In this document: piece by piece, positions 9,184 through 18,497 of the stretch | How the letters are laid out: each line of letters starts with the position of its first letter | How positions within the stretch are numbered: the first letter of the stretch is position 1 | NCBI GenBank assembly: GCA_963764715.1 | Contig: CAVXTP010000022.1 | Coordinates: 128,001-192,000 of the forward strand | Direction of reading: 5' to 3' | Source: an uncultured Acidobacteriota bacterium | GTDB taxonomy: Bacteria > Acidobacteriota > Thermoanaerobaculia > UBA5066 > Gp7-AA6 | DNA: 64,000 bases | Notes under the pieces: model-generated | What the model saw: the letters and a program-made list of their open reading frames with translations, nothing else | Told to the model about the DNA's origin: nothing | The model's database searches: none | Program-made: the position numbers and the translations under genes

Positions 9184-12100
9184 GACGGTGACGGCATACC
9201 CGTGCAGGTTGCGGTGAATCGCTCTGTCGTGAAGAGGCCCGATGCCGAGCTGCCAGCGTTGCCCCTGAACAACGAAAACGACTGATCGCCAACCTTGCCG
9301 TTAACTTCCATCGCCGGAAAGCTCGATCGAGACCCTTCGAGAGTGATGGAGTCCCCGGACGGCGAGATCGTTGTCTCGGTTGATGCCCGAATTCCAAACG
9401 GTGATGTGCCCGCGGGAGGCGCTGCGTCTTTCGGAATGCCCTCGTTCTGAAATGTTCTAACCACGACATTGCCATTTGAATCGCGCGACACCTTGACCCC
9501 GATCGAATCGCCGGTCGCCAACCCTTTGGCTCCGGTGACTAGGTTTGTCGTTTCTCCGACTCGCACCTGCGGTGCTCCGACTAAGGGGTTCATCCGCTTG
9601 TTCGGGTCAGTCTCGACTGTCAGTCGAATCTCAGTCCGTACTGAGGCGTCCTTCGACAAGCTGAAGCCTCGGGTATCGCCCTTGAACGCTCCAAGAGGGC
9701 TTGCCACTCCAGCCGACGGTATGAAGAATCGATAGGTCAGTTCCACCTCAACCAGTCCAGTTGGATCTGAAAAACGCATCGGGTTGTTTCTGCCGTAGGA
9801 ATAACGGTTCCACGTTTGGGGGTTGCGAGGTGAGCCAGCGACCTGATCTGGGCTCAGGAAACGACCGAGCGTGAACTCTTCACTGCGGGCGTGGTCAAAA
9901 TAAACGAGGCTCTCCGTGTCCCTCTCCATCCCCGCAAACCGCAGGCGTTGCGGCTGCGTCACGGTCACGACCTCGTCTCCGTAGGGCCAGTACCTCGGCT
10001 TTTCGAGCATCGCACCGGCGATGTCCGTGATCAGGCGCGGGCTTCCGAGATGATCCGAGCTGTAGTACGTCCAGGCCTTGCTGTTTCCGCCGACGAGAGT
10101 GTTCGCATAGGAGGCCAGGAGCAGGTTGCCCAGGTACACGTCGTCGCGGCTAAACGTGGAACCCGAGTATTCCGTAGCAAGCCGGTTGGCCTCATCCCGG
10201 AACGTGTAGTTCCAGGCGCCGAGGCCAGGAGGCGGCACCTTGACGACACGCTCCCCGGCCGCGTCGAAGTAGTAGTTCCACGTCTGGCTGCCATCGAAGT
10301 GACGCACGATCCGGTCGAGCGCGTCGAAGGAGTAAGTCTTGCCGCCGTAATTGGTCATGTTGCCACGGGCGTCGTACGTCCCGGTGGGTACGCGGTTGTT
10401 CGTCCAGGTCGTCGTTCCGCATGACGGGGGGGTCGTGGTCTTGTTGAAGCGGTTGCCGTAGCGGTCGTAGCAGTAGTACTGGCTGCTGACCCCAGAATAG
10501 GAAGCCGAGAGGAGCCGCGCGCGATCATCGTAGGTGAAACTGTCTGCCCCCATAGTCATCACGTCCCCGGCTCCGTCGTACGAGTATGAACCCGAGGACC
10601 ATTCAGAGGAAGCGCCTGTTGTCCCGATAAGGGCCGGACGGGGCAGGCCGTTGGTATCGGGGTCGATCCGAGTTTTTACGTCATGCCCGGTACCGAGGCC
10701 GGTGAAGTACTCATAAACCGCACCGGATGCTGAGTAGGAAATGCTCTTCGCCATGGGGATTCCGTTGGCGTAGACCGTCACGGGCAGACCGTAGTCGTAG
10801 GCAGTCGAGGCGAGGAACGGCGTCCCTCCCGAGGTCCGGGCGTGCCAGTAGTCCGAGGGCAGTCCAAGGACGTTGTAGGCCCACTTGTCTGTGGCGGTGA
10901 TGCCGCCGGAGACCGTGGTCGCACGGCTGGAGAGTCGGCCTGAGGGGTCGGAGTAAGTGAAGTCCTGAGTGATGCTTTGCGTGGCGGCGCCGAGGGGATC
11001 GTAGTTGCCGCCGACCTGGCGCGTGAGCTTGCCGAGTTTGTAGGTCCCCCCCGCGAAGCCGTTGCCGTCGTAGTAGTTCGTTGCGAAGGTCTTGGTACCC
11101 GACTTCACCGACGATACGCGGCCAGCGAAGTCGTAGGCGCGCGTGATCGTAGCGCCCGGAAGGGTCTCGTTGAGCAGGTTGCCGAGGCCGCCGTAGGTGT
11201 AGGTTACCGGGGTCGACCCTCTTTCCGGCGTGAGCTCGGCTATTAGGTTGCCGCCAGCGTCGTAGTCGAACTTCCTCACCTGTCCGCCGGTCGCGCTACA
11301 AACATCCAAGTGCGGATCGCTGCCCCCTTGAATGACGCATCGCAGTTTGTCGTTGGGGTCGTAAGCGTACAGGGCCAAGTCCGTAAGGTTCGGCTCGAGG
11401 ACGCTGATCAAGCGCCCGAAGCTGTCTCGTTCGTTCGTGGTGATCGGGTTGAGGGGCGCCGTGCCGTTGCACGTAGCCCCGGAAAACGACCCGTTGAGGC
11501 AGTAGTTGGTGACCTGCTCGAACGAATCGCTGTGAAAGGATGCCCCGTCCGTTCGATAGATCGTTTGAATGCTGTTGTGTTTGGACCGCACAACCTTTTG
11601 CGGCCGGCCAAACGGATCAAAGCAGGTCGTATAGGTTCCGAGAGCCCCAGTCGGCCGATTCGTCGTAAAGTTCGATTCTACGCCGTTGCCGTCTGTGTAC
11701 TTGCACACGGTCGATTGCGTCGCTGATATCGACTCGCCGGCCGAATCGGCCACCCACTCCGAATGGAAGTAGTCGTGCCCGGCGTCGTCGAACCTCGTGA
11801 ACTGCTTGAAGATCGAGCCACCGGGATTCTTCCGTCGCTCCCGGATGAGCCGCCCGAAATCGTCGTACTCGTACTGCTGCCACGTCGTAAGCCCTGCGCC
11901 ACCCGAGCGTTGCACGGTCGTTAGCGTTGTCGAGTTGTAAGTGATCGTCGTCGGGATCTCGCCATCTGCGTCGCCCGGCGTCCCGGTCGTCATGTTCGGG
12001 GTAATCTTCGTGACCCGGCCGAGGGTGTCGTAATCGTAGTGCGTTCTGGCGCCGGCGGTGTCGTACGAATCGGTGACCCATCCTGTTTCGGGATCGCGCG

Positions 12101-14519
12101 CATAGTTGCGAACGTACCAGCTCGCCGGGGCGGCCCCGCTCTTCCAGGCTGCGCTCGTCACTTCACCGTTTTGATAGGTGTAGCGTTTGCCGAATCTAAG
12201 ATCGGTAAAACCGGGCGAATCGTCACCCACCGGAGTCGACGCTGTATATGTACCGCAAGTGCCCGAAAGGGTCGGCATAGCTCCTGTCGACGATTCGACG
12301 AGGTTGTCACTCGCATTGCCGCGAGAGTCGGCAAAACGGCACTTTACGTAAGCTCTGCCACCTGTTGAATCCCATGTGATTTGGCCCTTCAGAAATCCGT
12401 CCGCAGTTGTTGACGTTGTGTCGAAGAGAAAAAGTCGGACGATGGTTCGACCGCTCTCAAGCGTGTCCTGTTCAGTGAAGAGGTTAGGCAACGCGGCGCC
12501 TCCCGTCGGAGGCGCGGATGTCCAGTTGACGGGAAACCAGGTTGTATCGATTGTTTTCGTCTCCGTGGGTCCCTGCAGATTCCCCGACCGCACTTCTCGC
12601 CCGTAATGACGCCCGCGGCCCTCCCATGTCCCCGAAGGGTTCGAGAACGTGGTCGACGTAAACTTGCAGCCGACGCAGGCCCCCGACGGTCCTGTACTCT
12701 GATGGAAGGTCGTCTCAGAAAGAAGCCGCCGATTACCTTTGACGGTTCCGGGGCAGTCGACGGTGCCTGAGCAGTCGTAGTCGAAGACGCGCTGGGTGAC
12801 CCTAACGGCATGTTTGGGACAGAAGTCCTGATCGTAGACTGTGCAAGCAGGTTGGCTAATGGTTGGGTCAGGATCGCCCGCCGGAACCCAGGGGTCAAAG
12901 TCGAACGTGCGGGTCTCGATATCGGCACCGATTCGGTCTCCGGTCGCTGTCGACCCGTCGAAAGTTCCTGAGTCCGACCAGAACAGGGTGGCAGTGGCAT
13001 GGGCCCGCCCCTCGATTCCGCGCGGGAAGATGGCTATCGTGAGAGTTTGGGAGCCGCAGGTGTCATTGCCTGGAGTAGCGCAAATTGCCAACTTCTCGCC
13101 AAACGGAAACGCAACCTGCACGTAGTCCGTCTCGGCTTTCCGTTGAGCACCATCGTTGTCGGTAAAAATCTCGGTACGTCTTCCAACGCCTTGGACGGCA
13201 TCGGAAAACTCGGTTGGATCTGTTGCCGGGTCGCCGGTGCAGTCGTTCAGGTGCGGCGACGGCGGTGGATCACCCTGAAAGTAGTTAGTTGCTGAGGGGC
13301 GGCCGGACTGCAGCACCAGAGAACCTGGAGGAGGCTGTTCGGCTCCGCAATTCATCCGGCTGCTGTGGCGTGCATGGTAGAAGTGATAGGTGCTCCACAG
13401 GTAATCGATCTCGGCGCCGGTCGGAAGTGTCATCGTTCGCGCGAGGCCGTTTAAGTATGTAAACGAATACGACGTCGTCGGTAGCGTGATCGACGTGAGC
13501 CGATAGACATTGACTGCCGGGGCGTTGGGTGGCCCCGCTGACCAGGTGAAGTAGTCGTATCCGAGCGACCACGTAGCGGAAGCGGCGCCGACGGTCGGGA
13601 AGAGAAAAGAGCTTATCCGGCCAGTCGTCCCGTTCCGATTGACGGTCACCGTCCAGGATGCCGGCTGCCCCTCAGGGTAGCCCTGGATCGAGGACGGGAC
13701 CCACGATTTGGCGCTCGTTGGCGTGCGACACGCCATGTTCCCGTAGAGCGGAGGGGGGGCGGAGCCTGTGTCCCAGCAAGGCAAGTTTCCCAGGGGCGTG
13801 AAGTAGTCGACGTGGATGATATTGCCGAACGGGTCCGTAATGTCCGTGACGTACCAGCCGTCGCGCCCGCGGCCGAGGTTATTCAGGTAGTGGTCGTACG
13901 GATCATCGTAGCCGGTAACGTGATTGGTGAAGTCGTAGTGGTTACCGTCGGCATCCCACATGTCGTATCCCGACGTGTCATTGCCTGTCAGATAGAACTG
14001 GCTGGCGTCGCCTGGCTTCGAACTCGTGGGCGGAATCGTCCCGTTGAACTGGTGCTCCGCTCCGTCGGGACCGACGAAACACCTGTAGGACTGGTTCTCA
14101 CCGCACTTCTTGATTGCGCCGAGCGTGAAGGTCCAGCCGATTCCGATGGCGGGGTCACCGACGAGGGGCATGTACAGATTTCCCTGCGAATCTATGTCGC
14201 CCAGCGTCGGATGGCCGAACTCCCAGACCCGTGATCCGTACGTCAGCATCGCCTGAAAGCGCAGCTTGGGCCCCACGGGGTAGGAGGGACCCAGCGGTAC
14301 AGGAATGGTTAGGGCGCCGTTGTAGAGATTGATCGAGTCCACCGATGAATGGTGGAAGACGTTGTTGGTGTAACCGATCTTGACGTCGGCGTCGTCGTCC
14401 GGTCCCTGCTGGGCAAGCACGTCGATCGCGGGCGCCAGGATGCCTGCGAGGAAAACCGCCACCTTCAACCAACCAAAGCGGCTGGGCCCGATGCTGATGA
14501 TGCGACATTGACGTTTCAT
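9135..14519 (-). CDS. RHS/YD-repeat polymorphic toxin-type protein with N-terminal signal peptide and ~206-aa C-terminal domain (DUF3238-like)
   Basis: YD repeats (YDYDTLGRV, YEYDDFGRL); RHS core DHLGSPRL...NRYSYGRNNPMRFSDPTG; hydrophobic N-terminal leader. Confidence 0.9.
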   Translation of the reverse strand: MKRQCRIISIGPSRFGWLKVAVFLAGILAPAIDVLAQQGPDDDADVKIGYTNNVFHHSSVDSINLYNGALTIPVPLGPSYPVGPKLRFQAMLTYGSRVWEFGHPTLGDIDSQGNLYMPLVGDPAIGIGWTFTLGAIKKCGENQSYRCFVGPDGAEHQFNGTIPPTSSKPGDASQFYLTGNDTSGYDMWDADGNHYDFTNHVTGYDDPYDHYLNNLGRGRDGWYVTDITDPFGNIIHVDYFTPLGNLPCWDTGSAPPPLYGNMACRTPTSAKSWVPSSIQGYPEGQPASWTVTVNRNGTTGRISSFLFPTVGAASATWSLGYDYFTWSAGPPNAPAVNVYRLTSITLPTTSYSFTYLNGLARTMTLPTGAEIDYLWSTYHFYHARHSSRMNCGAEQPPPGSLVLQSGRPSATNYFQGDPPPSPHLNDCTGDPATDPTEFSDAVQGVGRRTEIFTDNDGAQRKAETDYVQVAFPFGEKLAICATPGNDTCGSQTLTIAIFPRGIEGRAHATATLFWSDSGTFDGSTATGDRIGADIETRTFDFDPWVPAGDPDPTISQPACTVYDQDFCPKHAVRVTQRVFDYDCSGTVDCPGTVKGNRRLLSETTFHQSTGPSGACVGCKFTSTTFSNPSGTWEGRGRHYGREVRSGNLQGPTETKTIDTTWFPVNWTSAPPTGGAALPNLFTEQDTLESGRTIVRLFLFDTTSTTADGFLKGQITWDSTGGRAYVKCRFADSRGNASDNLVESSTGAMPTLSGTCGTYTASTPVGDDSPGFTDLRFGKRYTYQNGEVTSAAWKSGAAPASWYVRNYARDPETGWVTDSYDTAGARTHYDYDTLGRVTKITPNMTTGTPGDADGEIPTTITYNSTTLTTVQRSGGAGLTTWQQYEYDDFGRLIRERRKNPGGSIFKQFTRFDDAGHDYFHSEWVADSAGESISATQSTVCKYTDGNGVESNFTTNRPTGALGTYTTCFDPFGRPQKVVRSKHNSIQTIYRTDGASFHSDSFEQVTNYCLNGSFSGATCNGTAPLNPITTNERDSFGRLISVLEPNLTDLALYAYDPNDKLRCVIQGGSDPHLDVCSATGGQVRKFDYDAGGNLIAELTPERGSTPVTYTYGGLGNLLNETLPGATITRAYDFAGRVSSVKSGTKTFATNYYDGNGFAGGTYKLGKLTRQVGGNYDPLGAATQSITQDFTYSDPSGRLSSRATTVSGGITATDKWAYNVLGLPSDYWHARTSGGTPFLASTAYDYGLPVTVYANGIPMAKSISYSASGAVYEYFTGLGTGHDVKTRIDPDTNGLPRPALIGTTGASSEWSSGSYSYDGAGDVMTMGADSFTYDDRARLLSASYSGVSSQYYCYDRYGNRFNKTTTPPSCGTTTWTNNRVPTGTYDARGNMTNYGGKTYSFDALDRIVRHFDGSQTWNYYFDAAGERVVKVPPPGLGAWNYTFRDEANRLATEYSGSTFSRDDVYLGNLLLASYANTLVGGNSKAWTYYSSDHLGSPRLITDIAGAMLEKPRYWPYGDEVVTVTQPQRLRFAGMERDTESLVYFDHARSEEFTLGRFLSPDQVAGSPRNPQTWNRYSYGRNNPMRFSDPTGLVEVELTYRFFIPSAGVASPLGAFKGDTRGFSLSKDASVRTEIRLTVETDPNKRMNPLVGAPQVRVGETTNLVTGAKGLATGDSIGVKVSRDSNGNVVVRTFQNEGIPKDAAPPAGTSPFGIRASTETTISPSGDSITLEGSRSSFPAMEVNGKVGDQSFSLFRGNAGSSASGLFTTERFTATCTGMPSPSCSQSPGRLPWDTAAD

Positions 14520-14527
14520 GCCGGCTC

Positions 14528-16255
14528 CTAGTTGGAAAACCGCACGTCGGCGAAGAGATTGCTTTCGATCGAGCAGGAAGGAGATGTGCCCGCCCCGCTG
14601 GCGTAACATCCCTGTAAACCTGTTAACGGCGGCCTTACGTAGTCGGGTGTTAAGGCGTTGTAGGTCTTACTTTCGATGCTCGTCGCGGCCCCGTTTGGAG
14701 ACGATGAGACGCGGTAGATCAGACCGGCGGTAATCGGATAAGGACTCGCAAGAGCAACTTCTTGCCATCCAGCTCCTGTTTCAGCTGGCGTTCCCGTCGT
14801 TGCTGTCCTCACTGCTGTTCCGCCAGACTGTGTCCAGAGACGAATGGTGTGAGTGACCGCCAGATCGCCAGGTGCCTTGAAGAACCTCAGCGCCGTGATC
14901 TGACCGTTTTGCGAGGCTGAGAAACTGATCCCCTCCTCGAAGACGGGGGTTAGGGGTGTGAAGGTGGCGGGTGTCTCAAGATTGAATAATGTTGCGGTCG
15001 CGGCGCGGAAGCGCACGTCGACCCAAAAGTTGGAGGTACTCTGCGGCGCTTGACCGACCGAGCAGTTCGGCGGCACGCCGGGGCCCTGAGTCGTCGCGTA
15101 GCAGCCTCGCGTTGCATAGAGCGGCGGATTGTTGAAGAAGGCTCCGGAGGTCTTGTTCTCGAGGATGTTGGTCGTGTAGGAGACGACGAACTTCTGATTC
15201 GCGAGAATGTAAAGAGGCGGTGAGAACACCGCTTCCTGCCAGCCCGATGAGGATTCGGTACCGGCTAGAAAACTAACGGTTGCGATGGGCGCACCGACTG
15301 CGCCAGTGGCGTCTGTATTCCAGAGACGACCAGTGTGGCCTGAGCTCTCGCCGATAGCCTTATAGAATCTCATCGCTGTTATCCAGCCGTTCTTGTCGGC
15401 GTAGAACTCAGTGCCAATCTCGTAGTTGACGGCCGCCACCGGGCCCGACTGGCTTCCGTAGATCGTGTACGAAGGTGTTATCGGAGTGTCCGTCAGGGAA
15501 GCTTGCTTTGTGACCCCGCCGTAGATGCCGCTGATCGTGCACGACTTGTTGGCGCTCACCACGGCGGTGGCGACGGAACCGGTCGCGGTAGTTGCTCCGG
15601 CGGGCACAATGACGAGGGGCGGCGGGACTGCTACCGAGGCGTCTGAGCTGGAGATTGAGACCGAGGCTCCGCCGGCCGGAGCCGCGGCCGTCAAAGTGAC
15701 CGTAGCAACGGTCAGGCTTCCCCCGACCACACTCGACGGCGTCAGCGTGATCGAAGCGATGGCGAGTCCGGGAGGGGTGCCAACGGCTGTCGTGCCCGTA
15801 GCCGAGTTGTTGGCAATGGCTGGGTCGGATTCGTTCGCGACTGCGCCGGCGATGTTCGAATAGGTCCCCGCCGAGGCAGCCTTGACGGTGATCGTCACCG
15901 ATCCAGCCGAACTCCCCGCCAGCGTTCCGATGGTGCAGACGACTGTTCCACCGACGGTAGAACCCGTCGGATTGTTGAGCGAACAGCCGGCGGAGGCAGA
16001 CACAAAGCTCACAGCCGGATCGAGAACGTCGGTCGTCGTCACGCCCGTGGCGGTAGCCGAGCCGATGTTGGTGACTTGGATCGTGTAGGCAAAGTTGGTG
16101 TTAACGCTCGCCGATGACGGCGCAGATAGTTGCAGTTGGAGGTCTGGCAGCGGCGGAGCCTGGGCGCATAGGGCGGAAGGTGCAGCGACAAGGGTCACGA
16201 TCGCGAGCGCAAGCGCCGAGATGCCTGGTGACGAAGGACTAAACTTTCTCTTCAT
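14528..16255 (-). CDS. Secreted protein with a DUF11-like Ig domain, a second Ig-like domain and two DUF4082-like domains
   Basis: Signal peptide; DLQLQL..YTIQVTNIG..D.L...DPAIANN motif; two EIG..F.....G.ITA.RF.KA..H..RLW repeats ending in DVRF. Confidence 0.8.
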   Translation of the reverse strand: MKRKFSPSSPGISALALAIVTLVAAPSALCAQAPPLPDLQLQLSAPSSASVNTNFAYTIQVTNIGSATATGVTTTDVLDPAVSFVSASAGCSLNNPTGSTVGGTVVCTIGTLAGSSAGSVTITVKAASAGTYSNIAGAVANESDPAIANNSATGTTAVGTPPGLAIASITLTPSSVVGGSLTVATVTLTAAAPAGGASVSISSSDASVAVPPPLVIVPAGATTATGSVATAVVSANKSCTISGIYGGVTKQASLTDTPITPSYTIYGSQSGPVAAVNYEIGTEFYADKNGWITAMRFYKAIGESSGHTGRLWNTDATGAVGAPIATVSFLAGTESSSGWQEAVFSPPLYILANQKFVVSYTTNILENKTSGAFFNNPPLYATRGCYATTQGPGVPPNCSVGQAPQSTSNFWVDVRFRAATATLFNLETPATFTPLTPVFEEGISFSASQNGQITALRFFKAPGDLAVTHTIRLWTQSGGTAVRTATTGTPAETGAGWQEVALASPYPITAGLIYRVSSSPNGAATSIESKTYNALTPDYVRPPLTGLQGCYASGAGTSPSCSIESNLFADVRFSN

Positions 16256-16366
16256 CCTTGTCTCTCCATGTGGGTAGACTTCGCCCCACGACGCCTCGAC
16301 GGCGACAGCCGTAAGCCAAATCGCGGTGGAATCACCTGTAGATTGAAATCGCGCGGAGGCCCAGAA

Positions 16367-16918
16367 ATGCATCGGGGAAAATCATCTTGGTCGCCTACGA
16401 AAACAGCAGCCTCCTCTCCCCCTGAGGAACGTGAGGATGGGTTGCCGACCGAGGCGACGCGCCGCTATTTAGCTCGCGTACTGATTCAGCGGTACGGCGT
16501 CCGACGCGAGGACGTCGCGGACGTGATGGGCGATGCTGTTGTAGCGTTTCTCTGCGCTCGTGCGGACGGGAAGCCGGTGAGCGAAGGCCTTTTCTTCGTG
16601 ATCGCTCACCGAAGGGGCTGCGACGAGCTCCGGCGGCGCTCCCGCCGGAAGGTGCCATATTCCAAGGCCCTCGAATCCGTGGCACCCGATCTCGACGCGC
16701 TGGAAGAGACATTCATGGTTCGGGTGGTGCGTCGGTCATTCCAGTCCCGTGGGTCGGATACGCGATCGAGGATGGAAGCGCTCGTGCGTGAGCTAGCGCA
16801 GGGTTGCACGTGGGCCGACGCCTGCCGACGGGCGAGTGTTCCGCGCGGGAGCCAGTCGCGGTTTCGAGACGACCTGAAGCGCGTGTTCGGCGGCCGCCTC
16901 AAGGGTCGGATCAGGTAG
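16367..16918 (+). CDS. ECF-like RNA polymerase sigma factor
   Basis: GGAGG RBS; region-2-like EDVADVMGDAVV...LFFVIAHRRGCDELRRR; region-4-like HTH QGCTWADACRRASVPRG. Confidence 0.6.
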   Translation: MHRGKSSWSPTKTAASSPPEEREDGLPTEATRRYLARVLIQRYGVRREDVADVMGDAVVAFLCARADGKPVSEGLFFVIAHRRGCDELRRRSRRKVPYSKALESVAPDLDALEETFMVRVVRRSFQSRGSDTRSRMEALVRELAQGCTWADACRRASVPRGSQSRFRDDLKRVFGGRLKGRIR

Positions 16919-17187
16919 GCACATCCCGATGCCGCAGTTATCCCGCCCCGTCGCTCCAGTCTAGCCGGAGGGGAACTCGCGGCGCTAAACGGGGTGCGAG
17001 TAGGAGCGAGCTGAGTCGCCAAAGATCCGAGGCGGAGGAGGGCCCCCGCCAACGAGAAAGGCAGCTCTTGCCTCGGCGCGGCAAAGCGTCCGTCGGCCCT
17101 CAGGCTCCGCTCAGATCCTCAACCGTGTGGGACCGGATCAGACCCAACGCCTTCCTGGGGGTCCTCGCGGGTGTTTGTCCAAGGGCT

Positions 17188-17259
17188 GTGGCCTCTGGCG
17201 TGGCCTCTCTGCCCAACGAAGGGCGGAGTTAGACCGTTTCCAACGAAACGAAACGTAAC
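17188..17259. repeat. Putative integrase arm-type / accessory binding sites of the att junction
   Basis: GTGGCCTCT direct repeat at 17188-17196 and 17200-17208; AACGA-AACGA-AACGT-AAC at ~17242-17259, 80-150 bp inside the tRNA junction. Confidence 0.55.
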
Positions 17260-17337
17260 TCGTGAAAGGCGCAGGAACGGCAGCGCTGGCGGGCGTTTTC
17301 TGCGTGTTTCCAAGAAAAATCGGGGAGGCGCCAGAAC

Positions 17338-17378
17338 GGATTTTGAGTCCCCTGCGTCTGCCATTCCGCCACTCCGGC
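17338..17378 (-). tRNA. tRNA-Leu(CAA) 5' half only (truncated by the island; att core)
   Basis: Minus strand GCCGGAGTGGCGGAATGGCAGACGCAGGGGACTCAAAATCC gives the acceptor 5' strand, D-arm and CAA anticodon loop. The sequence then diverges: no variable arm, T-arm or CCA. Confidence 0.85.
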
Positions 17379-17444
17379 AGGGAGACAAGAGGATAACCGA
17401 GCCGGGAGCCGGACGCCCGCGGGCGTGGCGGGGATAATCGCTCC

Positions 17445-18464
17445 ATGCCGACCTCCCGCGCCTGGTTCGTCGACCGCTTCGGAGGGCCCGAGAAGCTGGT
17501 TCTGCGGGAGAGGCCCGACCCGGTGCCCGGGCCCGGAGAGGTTCTCGTTCGCACCGCCGCGATCGGTCTCAACTTCGCGGACCTCTTCGTGCGGTCGGGC
17601 GACTACCCGCGAACGCCGAAGCCGCCGTTCGTGCCCGGGATGGAGATCTCCGGGACGGTTGAGGCGGTGGGACCGGGGGTGACGGGGCTGGCGCCGGGCC
17701 GTCGCGTCGTCGCCGTCCCGATCTTCGGCGGGCACGCCGAGAAGGTCGTCGTGCCCGAGCGCCGTGTTTTTCCCCTGCCCGACACGGTCGACCTCGTCGA
17801 GGCGGCGGCCGTTCCGGTCGTCTTCCTGACCGCCTGGTACGCGTGCGCCCGCGCGCAGGTCGGCCCGCGCGATCGGGTCGTGGTGACCGCGGCCTCCGGG
17901 GGAGTCGGGACGGCCCTTCTCCAGGTGCTCCGGGAGCGCGGCGCGAAGACGGTCGCCCTGGTCGGCTCGGAGAAGAAGGCGGCGCTCTGCCGCGAGCTCG
18001 GCGCCGCCGAAGCCGGCGTATACGCGGAATCCGACGCGCTCCTCGAGCGGGCTTTCGGCGGCGGCGCGGACGTCGTGATCGATGCGATCGGCGGCAGAGT
18101 GTTCCGGAATCTCTGGCGGCGCCTCGACGCCGGCGGCCGTTACGTGCTCTACGGCTTTGCGGCGGCCTCGGGAGGCTCCGGCGTCGCGAAGCTGACCGCG
18201 GCGCGCGAGCTCGCGGCGATGGGTCTCTTCTCGCCGTACTCGTTCGTCCAGAGCTGCAAGACGCTCATCGGGTTCAACCTCTCGCTTCTCCCGGACCGGT
18301 CGGGGGAGCTCCAGCGCGCCGCGATGGAGATCTTCGGCCTCTGGACGGCCGGGCGGATCCGCCCGATTCTCGGACCGCGCTTTCCCTTCGAGCGGCTGCC
18401 GGATGCGCACCGCGCGCTCGCCGGGCGCGGCACGCAGGGCAAGGTCGTCATCACGGTTGGTTGA
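17445..18464 (+). CDS. MDR-family NADPH:quinone oxidoreductase / zinc-binding dehydrogenase
   Basis: GLNFAD, PFVPGMEISG, AASGGVG, GKVVI motifs. Confidence 0.9.
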   Translation: MPTSRAWFVDRFGGPEKLVLRERPDPVPGPGEVLVRTAAIGLNFADLFVRSGDYPRTPKPPFVPGMEISGTVEAVGPGVTGLAPGRRVVAVPIFGGHAEKVVVPERRVFPLPDTVDLVEAAAVPVVFLTAWYACARAQVGPRDRVVVTAASGGVGTALLQVLRERGAKTVALVGSEKKAALCRELGAAEAGVYAESDALLERAFGGGADVVIDAIGGRVFRNLWRRLDAGGRYVLYGFAAASGGSGVAKLTAARELAAMGLFSPYSFVQSCKTLIGFNLSLLPDRSGELQRAAMEIFGLWTAGRIRPILGPRFPFERLPDAHRALAGRGTQGKVVITVG

Positions 18465-18497
18465 TACGATCCTCCGCAATTTTGAAGAGGTCGCGTC

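Larger units (their letters stand above)
1..17340. mobile_element. Genomic island / integrative element (right part), integrated in tRNA-Leu(CAA); left end and integrase lie outside the window
   Basis: Visibly lower GC and different codon style than the region after 17,440. Cargo of hypothetical, RHS and surface genes. Boundary coincides with a truncated tRNA-Leu and nearby short direct repeats. Confidence 0.8.

Noticed and set aside
16964-16985. GCCGGAGGGGAACTCG resembling the reverse complement of the missing tRNA-Leu 3' end
   Set aside because: No intact T-loop (TTCGA), T-stem pairing or CCA; likely chance in GC-rich DNA.
17229-17337. Group I intron as the explanation for the interrupted tRNA-Leu
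   Set aside because: The break is 3' of the anticodon loop rather than within it, no P/Q/R/S-like elements were recognised, and no 3' exon was found in the window.
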